From NCBI RefSeq assembly GCF_009834535.1, contig NC_045697.1, forward strand, positions 90,274,001 through 90,338,000: 64,000 nt of DNA. Direction: 5' to 3'. The position numbers were made by a program, and so were the translations under genes. Origin of the DNA: Camelus ferus. Its lineage: Eukaryota. Below the pieces are notes generated by a model. The model had not been told where the DNA came from and did no database searches. It was given only the letters and a program-made list of their open reading frames with translations. Shown piece by piece: positions 40,401 to 52,649 of this stretch (position 1 is the first letter of the stretch; every line of letters begins with the position of its first letter).

Positions 40401-41162
40401 TCTGCACAGCAAAGGAAACCAGAAGTAAAACAAGAAGAAAACCTACGGAATGGGAGAAAATTTTGCAAGTGAAACCGACAAAGGCTTGATCTCCAGAATA
40501 TATAAGCAGCTCATACGACTCAATAAGAAAAAATAAACAACTCAATCCAAAAATGGGCAGAAGACCTAAACAAGCAATTCTCCAAGGAAGACATACAAAT
40601 GATCAAAAAGCACATGAAAAAATGCTCAGTATCACTAATTATCAGAGAAATGCAAATCAAAACTACAATGAGGTATCACCTCACACCAGTCAGAATGGCC
40701 GTCATTCAAAAATCCACAAATGACAAATGCTGGAGAGGCTGTGGAGAAAGGGGAACCCTCCTACACTGCTGGTGGGAATGCAGTTTGGTGCAGCCACTAT
40801 GGAAAACAGTGTGGAGATTCCTCAAAAGACGAGGAATAGACTTACCATATGACCCAGGAATCCCACTCCTGGGCTTGTATCCAGAAGGAAATCTACTTCA
40901 GGATGACACCTGCACCCCAATGTTCATAGCAGCACTGTTTACAATAGCCAAAACATGGAAACAGCCTAAATGTCCATCAACAGGTGACTGGATAAAGAAG
41001 AGGTGGTATATTTATACAATGGAATACTACTCAGCCATAAAAACCGACAACATAATGCCATTTGCAGCAACATGGATGCTCCTGGAGAATGTCATTCTAA
41101 GTGAAGTAAGCCAGAAAGAGAAAGAAAAATACCATATGAGATCGCTCATATGTGGAATCTAA
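37429..41162 (+). pseudogene. L1 ORF2p (APE endonuclease, reverse transcriptase, Cys-rich tail), disrupted
   Basis: NVNGLN, GDFNT, TDHN endonuclease motifs; PGPDGF, YRPISL, YADD (39461-39472); CWRGC..HCWWEC; frameshifts near 37555, 38100, 38521, 40460, 40530; TAG 39689-39691; 60-bp deletion near 37921. Confidence 0.97.
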
Positions 41163-42050
41163 AAAACAAAAACAAACAAACAAACAAAAACAAAGCGTAA
41201 ATAAAGGACAGAAATAGACTCACAGACAGAGAATACAGACTTGTGGTTACCAGGGGGGTGGAGGGTGGGAAGGGATAGACTGGGATTTCAAAATTGTAGA
41301 ATAGACTACAGTGTATAGCACAAGGAAATATACACAAAATGTTAATATAACTCACAGAGAAAAAAATGTGACAATGAGTGTGTATATGTCCATGAATATC
41401 TGAAAAATTGTGCTGAACACTGGAATTTGACACATTGTAAAATGATTATAAATCAATAAAAAATGTTAAAAGAAAAAAGAACTCACCTTCAAATAAACAC
41501 ATGATCCATGTTTGTGGGACTAGTTCCTCATGTGATTATTAGCACAATACTTATCTATTTGGACATATCTCTGATGTCTTCACTTCTTTTTTTAGTCTCC
41601 AGGACTTTCCTGATAAATTGCTCAGTCAGCATTCTGTTCATTCCTCCTTTATCTCCCTGACTTTGACTAGCATCTTACCCCGAGCTCACCATTATACAGA
41701 GCCCCTCTGCCATTATGCATCTGAACTGCTCTCCTGGGCAGCTCTACTGAGAAACAAGACAGATCCTGATCATCTATTCCCAGATCCTCTTTACAGCACT
41801 AGAATAAATACTAGTCCTTAACACAACCTCCAATACTCAGTATGTAATTAATACGTATCACCGAATTTCAAATACATACTACTTCTTATTTAAAGGGAGT
41901 AATAACCATTATCATCAACCATATTTAAATATCTAAATTATTAGAACAGGCAATATGTGAACATGTTATACTATTGTCTAAGCAAGAAGCCAAGTTTATT
42001 TTTATCTATGCTACATTCATAAATGTTGACTGTTAAGTACACATATAGGC

Positions 42051-42385
42051 TGTGGCAGCCAGTATTTTCCAAAGATGGCTGCAAAATATCTCCTGTCTTA
42101 GAATTTTTGTAGAACCTTGACATGCCCCATCACAACGTGGGGTCTAATTCCCTCACCCTTGAATCTGGGAGGGCTAATGTCTTCCCTGCAACCACCAAAA
42201 TGTGGTAGAAGTGATGCTACATAACTTCTAAAGTGAGGTCAATAAATGCAACTTCCTTCTTGCTTGCTAGACAGTTACATCAAAGCACTGAGACACCATA
42301 AAAACAATCCAACTGCCCTGAGGCTACCATGCTGTAAGGAAGCCCAAACCAGCTTATGCAAAGAAACTACATAGAAAATACTCCT
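42051..42385 (+). mobile_element. MLT1E-like MaLR LTR, partial
   Basis: tgtggcagccagtattttccaaagatggctgc; ctcacccttgaatctggg; ccatgctgtaaggaagcccaa. Confidence 0.7.
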
Positions 42386-44262
42386 GGAACTGATTCAAAG
42401 AAACTCACTGTCCAGGGACTGACGACACTATTGACCCTGTTAAAGCATGCTTTCAACTAGAATCTGCATTGACAGAAATAAGATCTAATTCCCAGGAGAG
42501 GGAACCATCAAAGTTAGGTAGATTCAAACACTGAAGTCTGTCCTCAACTGAAGGGCAAATATGCCACTGAGACAAATGAGCAATCATACGGACCAAGCAG
42601 TATACAACAGCTCACTCTATTCAGGTAAAATTCTAGGGTTTGGGCAGCAGGAATAATTCCAGGCTCTACCTATCAGAGATGATACCTCTTATAGTAAAGT
42701 TTCTATACTCTAGTCCCAGATTGCTTCAGACATTGAGTAATGTTGGGCTTTTAAGCTGAAAGTCTTCAGATGCTGTGGATGATTAGAAATAATAAGGGCG
42801 TGAATGGCAGTGAAAGAGCATGGGGTAGAAGGAAAAGCAGAATATGGTGACATAGGTCAAGAGCAGCTGAACCTCTCTGGGTTTAATCATGTCCAAAGGA
42901 GCTGCCCACAGTTCAGCTGAAGACCATTATGGGGGAAAGAGCATGTAAAATATAAACAGAGATATAAGAACAGTGTGGCAAGAGCCCAAGTGGAAAAGCA
43001 GAGGTACACTTAAAACTAATGAGGAATGAGGTTAGTCAAGTATTATAGGAAAGAGGAGTGAGTATTATAAGAATGAGTGACCAAGAATTTTTATATAAAT
43101 TAGTGCATTGTACCAAAACCTCTGAATGTCAACTGCAGTCTAGATTTTATCCAACAATCAGGGAGTTAGGGGAGCCTCCTAGATCCCCAGGAGGGGAAAA
43201 TCTGAGCGGGGAACATTCTAGGCCCCTTTCCTCCAACTCCAACTTCAATTACTATAATTTCAACTATTTTACAATTGCTCTTCTAATAATCTTTCATTTG
43301 AAAGATATCTTTTTAAACACTTTCAAATTTACTATAATAGACAAAGATTTTAACTGTACACCACTGATGAGGAAAGCAATGTTTGAGGATTATTCCTCAG
43401 TGTTACTCAGGGTGTAGATAAGAAAGTAAATATAAGCAATAAATTGAAATGGAGAACACAAGAAAACAAATGGCAAAGGAAAACAGAGAAAACACTTTTT
43501 AAAATAAAGAACAGCCTGATTAAAGGCAGTAAGGTAATGAGAGTCCCAACTCCTGCTTCCTTTGCTACCACCTGTGATCTTCGACCTTCCCAGGCTTTTT
43601 GGTCTCTATTGGTCATTTAATTCAGTCCTTGATTCTCCTCTGCTCTCTTTCTGTGCCTTCCATGCAACCCTTTGATTCCTCAGGTCTCAGCACCCATCCA
43701 AGATCACAGTGCTGCTTTTGACTGGCACCATAATTCTGTGTTCTCCTCACTTGGCTCTACATTACACATTTAGGTCTCGCCTGTCCAAAGTAATAAGTTC
43801 TTCTAAAAATATTTTATTTTTGGTGCTTAGCTTTTTCAAAGTTCCTACAGACATTACCTCATCCATTTCTCCTGAAAATAGGTTCCCCGATGACAGAGTA
43901 GCCCCAAAAGCTATTTGTGCAGATTTGGGTGTGTATGTGTGCCGGGGACCTCAAAGGTGTCAATCTTGTCTATTTGGGATGAAAGATGAATGTTCTCAGC
44001 TATCAATAAATACCAAAAGCTCTCTCATTTAAAGACAGAAAAAAGTTGAGCCACAGCATAAAGAAAAAACAAACAAACAAAAAACAGTCCCCCAAAGAGA
44101 GAAAACATAAGAAATGGCATGTTACCATGTTTCTTTAAATTCCAAATTTTTACTTTCTCTAAAACTTAGAGTTTTAGCTCTGGGGTCATTACTGTATGTA
44201 TTCTTATGTACTCCTAGAAAATAAACATAAAATCAACCTGCTCTTACTCAAAAGTCTGCAAT

Positions 44263-44265
<3 letters not shown>

Positions 44266-44321
<56 letters not shown>
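44266..44321. repeat. (CA)28 microsatellite
   Basis: Read directly. Confidence 0.97.
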
Positions 44322-44322
<1 letters not shown>

Positions 44323-46869
44323 CCCTTTTCCGCATACCACACACCAGTTCCTTTAATCTACTTCTATGTAAGAGTAAAGCAGACATTCTGGAGAGGAGAC
44401 TCTATGCAATTGGAACTGCCTGGTTACAACCAAACATAAGAAAGTGAAAACAGCAGAGATAAAACGGAATTTCCAAGTGCCTCTCCTTTTCCCACACTCC
44501 TTACTCCAGTGTTAGCATTGTCTCAGCTTGAGTTTTAGCCACTGCAACTTTAGGATCCTAGAAATGTCTAAACTCATAACATGGGAAAACATTAACATTT
44601 TATTAACTTAGTAGAAGATTCCAGCCTAAACAGATTTTTTTAATCTCTGTTGAACATATGTTTAAAAGATTATGGGAAAAAATTTTTAACTTGAGCCTTT
44701 AGTTCCAATAAAGAATGACTCACTTGTGTATTTTCATAAGGCATAAAGATTATTTCACTTCAACTACATTTGGACTCTAAACTTTTGTTATGTACCTGCC
44801 CTTAAGTAGGTACATGTAAGTAATTAATGCAGCAACCCAAAGTAAAAACATGATGGTAATAATAAAACGAGGTAGAAAATGAAAATTTTATACAGGAAAA
44901 GCAAAGAGGTCCACTGAAGATACTGTCTTATCTTGAGACCAAAGTAAGACTAAAAGACCTTCCAAAGGCATTTGATGGGAGTTGAGCATCCAAAAAGACT
45001 GTGGCTCCTGTGAGGAGCAGGGTCCTGCTGCCACTTAAATACAGAAGCCCCCGGTAACAGGCCATGCATGGCTCCTGGCCTTTTTCTCCAAACATAAGCT
45101 TTTGCTTTCTTTGTTAACAGTCCTTTATCCCTGACAAAACAAAAACTATGTACTAATTAGTGTGGCTTATGGAAAACTTATCTCTTAATGCCTAGAAAAA
45201 GAATTGCCCCATTCTGAAGAGTGAATCTTCTCAAAAAGCCCCAAGCCATGGATGGGTTTAACAGCAGGTCAGTTTTGTAAAACCTCTTTCAAAACAAACT
45301 ACAGCAAGGACCATGACAGTAACGCAACAGCAACCTTAATACACTCTCCACTCTTCTCTTCCTTACCCAAAGAACCCCTGGTACAGGTCCATCTGGCAAA
45401 CACATAGACCCTAGGAATTGCTCTGACTATGTAACCGCATTCCTATTTAAATGTCTTCAAATTGTCATGGCTAAACGTAAGTATAGGAGCTTTGCACAAC
45501 AGGTGATCATTTTGACCAATGTAATAACATTAACCTAAAAACTTTACACCTAACCATAACAATTATTGTGTTTTATTTAAACCAGTTCAAAGGTTAGGAA
45601 AGAAGTCAGTGAGGAAAATTTCCTTTCTTTTTAAAAACATCCTGTTATGGTATTCTATTTGATACCACAAGTCCCCAGACAGTGTCCTCACATATCTGTA
45701 AATTAAAAGAAAATGTAAATTACAGTGCCCATAAAATGAGGAGAAACAGTGAAAGCTGTTGAAATATCTTAGCACTGAGAATGAATCTCTTCCCAGAAAT
45801 CAATTCTGGGATGCATAAGGGGCATCAGGCTATCGTAGCTCTTATGTCTGTTGTATCTCTAACTGAAGCAGGACTTTACAGCCTCTTATCAAGGTTTTCA
45901 GTTTAACTCATCATCATCCAGAGACCTTGAATCATATGACTAGCTACCTGCTCTCCACAGTTCCTTCCCTTAAATATGAAAACTAGGATGGTAGGTATAA
46001 TTAGTCATTCCAGGTTGGTAGGATATTCCAGGCAGATGTTTGCAAACATTATTCAAACAGCCCAGAATCAAACCATCCACAAAAATTAATGGAAGAAAGG
46101 TCCATTTCTATTAACCTTAAAAATATGCATAAAAATGTTCATGGCACATGCTAACCTTTAGGGGCTCTTAAGGCTTCCTCTCTTCAATTCCAAAAGTCAG
46201 GGGAAAATGGACTCTTTCAAGGACATGAAGTTAAGGATGGAACTTTTAGGCAGAGGAGTAAAGTGATAATAAATAGAACTGATCTGGGAGAAAATGTTTC
46301 TCCTCTTTGAACTCTTACCTCTTTTCTAAAGTTCTCTCTTGGCTCACTTTATCATAGGCGGTTGGTATTGTGAAAGGAGCCAAGGAAGACTCCCACTTAG
46401 AGGGAGGCCCTTGGATGGCCAACCAGAACAGAATAGGGCCTGGGGCAAAAAGAATCTAACAGCCTAATCACTGCTACCCTAGTCCAGGCTTTACACTAGT
46501 AAGTCAGAAGACATCCTGAGACTCTCTCACAGCCCAGCCCAGTTCACAAAAGACATTTGGTAGTGATTTGGGCCCACATCCCTCTTTTGTAACAAAGTAA
46601 TTATTGTTCTACAATGTCCTTTAACAGATATAGCTGTAATTACAGATGCAGTTGGAGATATAGCTATATCTTTAAAAGCTCCCTTTTTGTTTGTTTGTTT
46701 GTTTGTTTGATTTAGAGACACTCTCTTTCACCTCTACAAAACATTCTGATTATAGTGTTCACCACTACTATACCCTCTCCAGAAAGCCGGAAAACTTCTG
46801 TTCTCACCTATTAAGTCATACACATACCAAAGTCTACTCTGTTTATTCTCTAACCCATTTATACCTTAT

Positions 46870-47348
46870 ACAATGAATTTCATTAAATATAGTCTAAGCT
46901 GAGTAAAAATTAGTGCAAAAAGAGAGGAAGTTGTTTCAATAAAAATTAGGTCAGATGACTTGAAAAGTCTAAATTAAATCATTTTAAAACACTATTGAAT
47001 TAAACTGGTACAAAAACAACCGTGAAATATTGATGGAAAAATCATAAAAATCTTGGAAATCCTGTACTCAGATTGCTTCACAGTATATAAAGTGGTGCTC
47101 TGCTTTAAGAAAACAAAACTGCAAATTCTAGGTCACGTTTTATTGGTATTCCCTATGCATGAAAGATAAAATGGAATTCTAACCAGAAGATTCATACTCA
47201 AAGAAAAGGCTTTGTCCCTACATAAAAGATCGGCAGATAAAATAACATTAAGTTAAAATAGATCTGCATTATTTTTAACATTTTATCATTTTCTACTTTG
47301 AATTTCATTTTTATTAACAAATTATTTCACAGATAAGGCTTTACTGTA
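46870..47348 (+). mobile_element. Ancient Tigger-family fragment with remnant CENP-B-type HTH coding sequence
   Basis: catactcaaagaaaaggctttgtccctacataaaagatcggc reads ILKEKALSLHKR, resembling Tigger transposases; ends actg+ta; family from memory. Confidence 0.5.
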
Positions 47349-47455
47349 TCTCTAAATCTACGCATCTATGTACATATTATAGCTATATCTCTGAGACCTA
47401 ACTGAGGTAAGGATAGCACAGTAAACATCCAAAACAAGATTTGCCTTTAACCACG

Positions 47456-47875
47456 TGTAGCAGACATGAAGATGTGTTGCTCAGATCCCTCTTCAAAAAA
47501 GTGCTCCAAGTTCAGGGGGAAAAGAAAAGTTGTTAGCTGACAGCCTTCAGCAGATAGCTCTTCAGGGTCTGTCTCAGCTTTAGAACCAAGGTCAATAGTT
47601 CTCAAGGTGACCCCTAACTAATGACTGATAAAGAGTGTGGTACAAGAGCCTAAGTATTTTGGTCTAATGCAGAATCACTCCAAATGATGACTTTTGTAAT
47701 AGAGCTCCCCAATGGGCTGGCAGAAACTTAACAGGTCCATAATACAGTCTAATGACTCATCCTGCCCAATCCTGCTTCCTTCCTTTTCCTTTCACAGATG
47801 TTAAATCCAAATAAGCCTTTTGCACTCCTAAATCTATCATGATGTATGCTTCCTGGAAAACCAAACCAGCACACT
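47456..47875 (+). mobile_element. LTR16-like ERVL solo LTR
   Basis: gctcagatccctcttca; agagctcccc; cctgcccaatcctgcttccttcc; tgcttcctggaaaacc. Confidence 0.75.
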
Positions 47876-49229
47876 ATACAATGACACAACTAACACAGAA
47901 TATTTCACACATACACACAGTGGCTTAATCTGTGCCAGGTATTCTCATCATTTATGAACCCATCACTGGCAAAAGTCACTTAAGTGACAATGAGTTCATG
48001 ACAATAAAGAAACAATGTGAGAAGGAATGACTTCCCACAAAAGCAGAGTTAAGGTCTAGCAAATATGCCTTGGATGCCTACTTCAGGGGACTGTCAGGGG
48101 TCCAGAGCTAATATTCAAATTGTATTGAATATTGTGTACCATGACCCACCAGAAGATTTACAGGAAACAAGCCAGATTTTCTACCCAAGTGCAAAGTATC
48201 AGTTTCACATATTCCATGAGAGTGACCTTCAACAATTTCTTCCAAGTTGAGGTAGGACAGTTATAGCAGGACTGACTGAGATCCTGATCAATACTTAACA
48301 ACATAAGTTTGGCCAAACTGTGCCAGCCAATCTGATATACCTTTAAGCTCCTGTGTGATATAAATGGTGTCTGGTAGCTCCTCAATAGTACTTTTCTCCT
48401 TTTCCCTGTCAATTCTGGATATTAATGATTCAATATAAGTTTAAATCTGTGCATCATGACCCCAGAACAGAAAGAAATGAGACTCAACCATGGGAAAGAG
48501 GGTGCTTCAGCTTTGCCAAGGATTAACTCAGACATGGTTATTGAGAGGAAAAGACAGTATACACATTCTGATTTACTTTCCTCTCTCTCCTGGGCCTCTT
48601 CACACCTTGGCCAGGAAAAAGCCAAAAAGCAGAACTCAGCAATTTATGTAGCACTATGGAATTGACTGAAGGCAGGCATGATATATTAGTATAGCATAGG
48701 GCCTCCAGATTGAAGGAGAATCTGGCTTCTCCTATACAAAGAATAGCTTGGATTGCCAAAGAAATTAAATTTGAGGCTTAAAGAATGTACATGTAAAATA
48801 TCCATCAATGATACTAAACTCCTTAAGTGGTAAATCTAGTCTGTGAGACTTGGGTGCGTGCATTATACCCAAGAGATATCTTTTGGAACTAGATAATCAG
48901 TTATTTCCAACCAAACTTCTTTACCTTAAAAACTCATACTGAGATTAAAATTTAAAACAAAAATTGAGACAAGGACTTCCTACTGTTACAGTAATCACTA
49001 AAAAAGGAGATATTCAAGAAATTGGATAAGGGTGTTTCACGATTTATGGTTTTACTTGTTAACTGTATGACATTTTTAAAGTCCTAAAACAAATGGTCCT
49101 CTGTACATAATTTGAGTCTGTCATTGTAAAATCTATTTAAAAGAAACTAAAATCAGGTAGAACCTATATTTATAGCAAAGCAAGAACAATAATTTGGGGG
49201 AGTATCTGAGACTCTGTCAGAATAATTAA

Positions 49230-49890
49230 TAACAAAGTCCCTCCGACTTCTGGTCACTGTCTGATTCTAAAGTCATATCCAGATTCTTAGATGTTTGTTA
49301 TAATAGCACCCCAAATCCAGTACCAAAACCTATATTCGTTATCTATGCCTGTGTAACAATCTACCCCTTACTTAGTAGCTTAAACAACCAACTTTTATCA
49401 TCTCATCATCTTTATGAATCAGTTATTCAGGAGCAGCTTAGCTGGGGGGATCTGCCCCAGTGCCTCTCATGAGGTTGTACTTCAGATGTTGGCTGACGAT
49501 GTAGTAATCTGAAGCTCAGACTGGGCTGGGGGATCCACTTCCAAAATAGCTCATTCACATGAGTCTTAGCAAGAGACTTCAGTTCTTTACTAGTTCTCAG
49601 AAAGAGGTCTCAGTTCCTCCCTACAAGGGCTGCCCCATACAGTTTCTTGAGTGTCTTCACAATGTGGCAGCCCACTGGTTTTCCCCCGAGGGAGTAATCC
49701 AGAAAAAGGGAACCAAGGAGGGAGCCTTTTAGTCTTGAAAGTTACACACCATCAATTCTATTTTAGCTACTCATTAAAAGTGAATCACTAAGGACAGCCT
49801 ATTCTTTCTTTGGGGGGTGGTGAGGAATTAAGCTTTATCTCTTGAAGGCAGGCATATCAAGTACCTTGTGAACATACTTTAAAACCACTC
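49230..49890 (-). mobile_element. MLT1F/G-like LTR with adjoining internal fragment
   Basis: cagtaccaaaacctatattcgttatctatgcctgtgtaacaa junction; ggatccacttccaaaatagctcattcacatg. Confidence 0.7.
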
Positions 49891-50059
49891 CAGGGGTGCA
49901 TTAGGCTTAGAACAGCAACTTACTTATCATTATTTAGTGGTTTCATCCTTTTCTTGACCAAGAAGTCAGTACCAGATATCAAGATAACCAGAAAATAAAG
50001 ACAGGGCTCTCCCAGACCATCTCCAAGTTCAACATACCCTTACTCAAAAACATAATTAA

Positions 50060-51250
50060 GAAAAAAATTTAGAATGGCTAAATTTTTTAATGAAATATTG
50101 AAAATACCAAGTGTTTGAAAGGATGCAGAGCAATGGTAATTCCCACGTATTGCTGGTATGAATGCAAAATAGCATAGCCACTAATGAAAATAGTCTGGCA
50201 GTTTCTTATAAAGTTAAACATGCCTTTACCATATGACCCAGCAATGCCACTTCTAGATACTTACCCAAGTGAAATGAAAATTTATGTCCACATGAAAACT
50301 TGTATGTAGGTTATATCAGTCAGGGTTCTCCAGAGAAACAGAACCAACAGAATGTGTGTGTGTGTGTGTGTGTGTATACATATGGAGAGATTTATTACAA
50401 AGAATTGGTGCACAAGATTATAGAAGCTAGCAAGGTCCAAAATCTGCAGTGTGGGCCAGCAGGTTAGAGACCCAGGAGAGTTGACAGTCTAGTTTGAGTC
50501 CAAAGGTCATCTGATTTAGAACCAGGAAAAAGCAAATGTTGCAGATGAACTCCAAAGGCAGTCTGCTGGAGAATTCTTTCTTGTGGGGAACAAGAATGAA
50601 GGCCAGCCTTTTTGTTCTAATCAAATCTTCAAGTGTTTGGATGAGGCCCATGCATATTAAGGAGAGTAATCTGCTTTACTCAAAGTCCATCGATTATAAA
50701 TGTTAATTTCATCCAAAATAACCCTCACAGAAATACTCAGAATAATGGTTGACCAAATATGTGGGTACTCTGTTGCCCAGTCAAGTTGACACCTAAAATT
50801 AATCACCATGTGGGTATTTACAGCAGCTTTATTTATAATCTCCAAAATCTAGAAACAATCCAAATATCCTTCAACTGGTGAATAAATAAACTGTGATATA
50901 TCTATACAATGGGATACCATTCACCAATATGAATGGATTAATTACTGATACACACAACAACATGAATGAGTCTCAAACACATTATGCTAAGTAAAAGACG
51001 CTAACTCAAAAATCTGTATACTATGTGATTGAATTTATATGACTTTCTGGAAAAAACAAACATTAAAATCAGGGGAAGAGTTAACTACAAAGGGGAATAG
51101 AAAAATTTTAGGAGGCACTGGAACAGTTCTGTATCTTGATGACAGTGGTGCTTACATGATTATATGTGTTTGTCAAAACTCACAGAGCTATGTACTAACT
51201 AAAATTTATATTCATAATTTACTGAATGTAAATTGCACCTAAAATATATG
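50060..51250 (+). mobile_element. Ancient L1MC/MD-like 3' region split by an MLT2 LTR
   Basis: ttaccatatgacccagcaatgccacttctag before, and cagcagctttatttataatc...caaatatccttcaactggtgaat after the LTR. Confidence 0.8.
50312..50808 (-). mobile_element. MLT2-like ERVL solo LTR
   Basis: atcagtcagggttctccagagaaacagaacc, (TG)n, ends cccagtcaagttgacacctaaaattaatcacca. Confidence 0.9.
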
Positions 51251-52649
51251 AAAAAGTTGAATCAGCCACTTTACTCCTCATATATAAGGAACTGTGTCAT
51301 GTACACTTTAAAACTCCCATCCAGAGCTATGGTAAGTGACAACTATGGACAAATACTAAACATCAACCAATTATTATCCTTTCTTGTCTCTACATCTCAC
51401 CCAAACGGCCTCTTCCCAACTACTTATGTGGGAATCCTCACTGGTTACATGAAGCGTCATTGAACATCCTCTAGGCCTCTGCTTAGTTTACAAAAAATCC
51501 AAGCCAATCACTTCTAATCAGTCCTCAATTAAGGAAATTTAAAAAAGCACACACGACAGCAACCAAAGAGTCAAAAACTTCATTCACCATTCAAAGACAG
51601 GGGAAGATTTGCCTCAAAAATGGCTACTCCTAGCTCCTGAAAATTAACTACAGCTGTTGATGAAAACTAGTCCAACTCCACAGGAAAGCCACAAAATTGG
51701 AAACCTAAAAAGAGCAATATGTCTCCCTCAACAACTTTTAATCATGATCCCTGAAGAACTCAAGGCCAAAGCTAACATACCATTCACCTCAGCTAAAACC
51801 TCATCATGGTGTACATACACCACTCTGGCATCTTCCAGAGGCAGTGGTCACACTTGTCCCTAATAAACCACTAAGTAGTTCACATTGAGGGGTAGAATCT
51901 AATAATACAAAACTCAAAAATGCCAATGGAAAGGGAAAAATATATCCACACAAATAAACTGTAAGTGATTATACATCAGCAAAGAAAAATGGAGTTGCCA
52001 GCAATTGTTTTAGCCCAAGACAGTGTGGCTGGAAACTTGGACATAGCAGTGGTGTGAAATAAAGAAAGATGACAGTTCTCTTTCTTGTGACAGCCTTCTC
52101 TCCAGCTTCCTCACCAAGATTTTTAAACTAAAACTTCATGTCAGATTTCCTTATCAATCCATCTCTAGAATTTCCTCTCAGGACTAGATGACCAACCCAT
52201 ATGGGAGCTTCATATCTTGTAGAGGCTCAGTGACCTTCATCATGCTTGTCTCTCCTAATATTTCTTTAAAGTTTGATGCAGATATTTCAATAATGTGTTT
52301 CTGATTTTTGATACAAGAATTTTTTTTCTAGTCATATCTAAATAGTGACCCACTGCCAGATTTGAGCTGATTCATTAAATGTCTCCATTTTTGTCACTAT
52401 CTTCTTCAAGCTTTCTCTGGCCTGGGACCTTGTGCTGCCTAAATAGAAGAAATCTAGTTAATTAGAGTAGTATATAGTCATATAGTCTTTATAGAAACTG
52501 TATCACTGCAATAAGATAATCAAATATACTTACTGGATCAGGAGAGTAAGATTCCAACCTTTATATAAATGAGCATTTTAACACTCTTTGACATGTTTTC
52601 AAAACCAGTGTCTCAAAGAAACACACTATGGAAATAACATCTACTCAGT

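Larger units (their letters stand above)
34425..41476 (+). mobile_element. Full-length LINE-1 (about 7.05 kb), young but disabled in this sequence
   Basis: Perfect 13-bp TSD AAGAACTCACCTT at 34412-34424 and 41477-41489, preceded by TTT (L1 endonuclease-type site); 5' UTR, ORF1, spacer, ORF2, 3' UTR with AATAAA and short A tail. Confidence 0.98.

Noticed and set aside
41253..41274. G-quadruplex motif in the L1 3' UTR
   Set aside because: Real pattern, but a known general feature of mammalian L1 3' UTRs
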